A DNA stretch of 63,752 bases, filler included, from Pirum gemmata (taxonomy: Eukaryota): the NCBI GenBank assembly GCA_002812295.1. It is 26 parts of 26 records of this genome, joined end to end, with 100 filler letters (N's around TTAATTAATTAA, not from the genome) between each part and the next. Parts side by side here need not be neighbours in the genome. Positions count along the whole stretch, not along the records: positions 61,505 to 63,752 come from PDIN01007274.1; 25 more parts are not named here. One strand, given 5' to 3'. The position numbers were made by a program, and so were the translations under genes. The notes below the pieces were generated by a model. The model had not been told where the DNA came from. It ran no database searches and saw nothing but the letters and a program-made list of their open reading frames with translations. Positions 63,395 to 63,752 of the stretch are shown here, piece by piece; within the stretch, counting starts at the first letter, position 1; each line of letters starts with the position of its first letter.

Positions 63395-63752
63395 CATTAT
63401 TATTATTATTATTATTATCATTATTATTATCATTATCATTATTAATATTATTATTAATAACGATAATAATAATTAATGATAACAATAATTATAATAATGA
63501 TAATAATAATGCTAATAATAATAATAATAATATTAATAATGATAATAATAATTAATGATAATAATATTAATAATATTAATGATAATAATAATGATAATAA
63601 TAATGATAATAATATTAATAATGATAATAATAATGATAATAATAATGAGAATGCTAATGATAATAATAATGATAATAATAATGATAATATGATAAAATTA
63701 TTAATAATGATGAGAATAATGATGATAATAATGATAATAATAATGATAATAA

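Overview
This is not one locus. It is 26 short (about 2.0-3.3 kb) assembly fragments joined by 25 artificial 100-bp linkers (44 N + TTAATTAATTAA + 44 N). The DNA comes from a very AT-rich, intron-rich, microsatellite-rich eukaryote, probably a unicellular one, but the taxon cannot be determined from sequence alone. It uses the standard genetic code and GT-AG introns. Most ORFs in the supplied track are translations of microsatellites. Splicing exons by hand recovers these partial genes: an acyltransferase-3-like membrane protein, an extracellular-type LRR protein, a 7TM receptor fused to an RGS domain, a Pro-rich/coiled-coil protein, a Cys-repeat plus helical-tail protein, a cereblon (CRBN) homologue with an apparent ~100-aa acidic insertion, a furin-like Cys-rich protein and several unknown exon chains. 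There is also a decayed H2C2-rve-GPY/F integrase and at least six non-autonomous DNA-transposon (MITE) families, some with clear TIRs and TSDs. The most unusual recurrent feature is that many introns consist largely of TTAGGG/CCCTAA telomere-type repeats and variants, in both orientations. No CRISPR array, rRNA or tRNA was recognised. All homology calls are by-eye motif recognition, not database searches.
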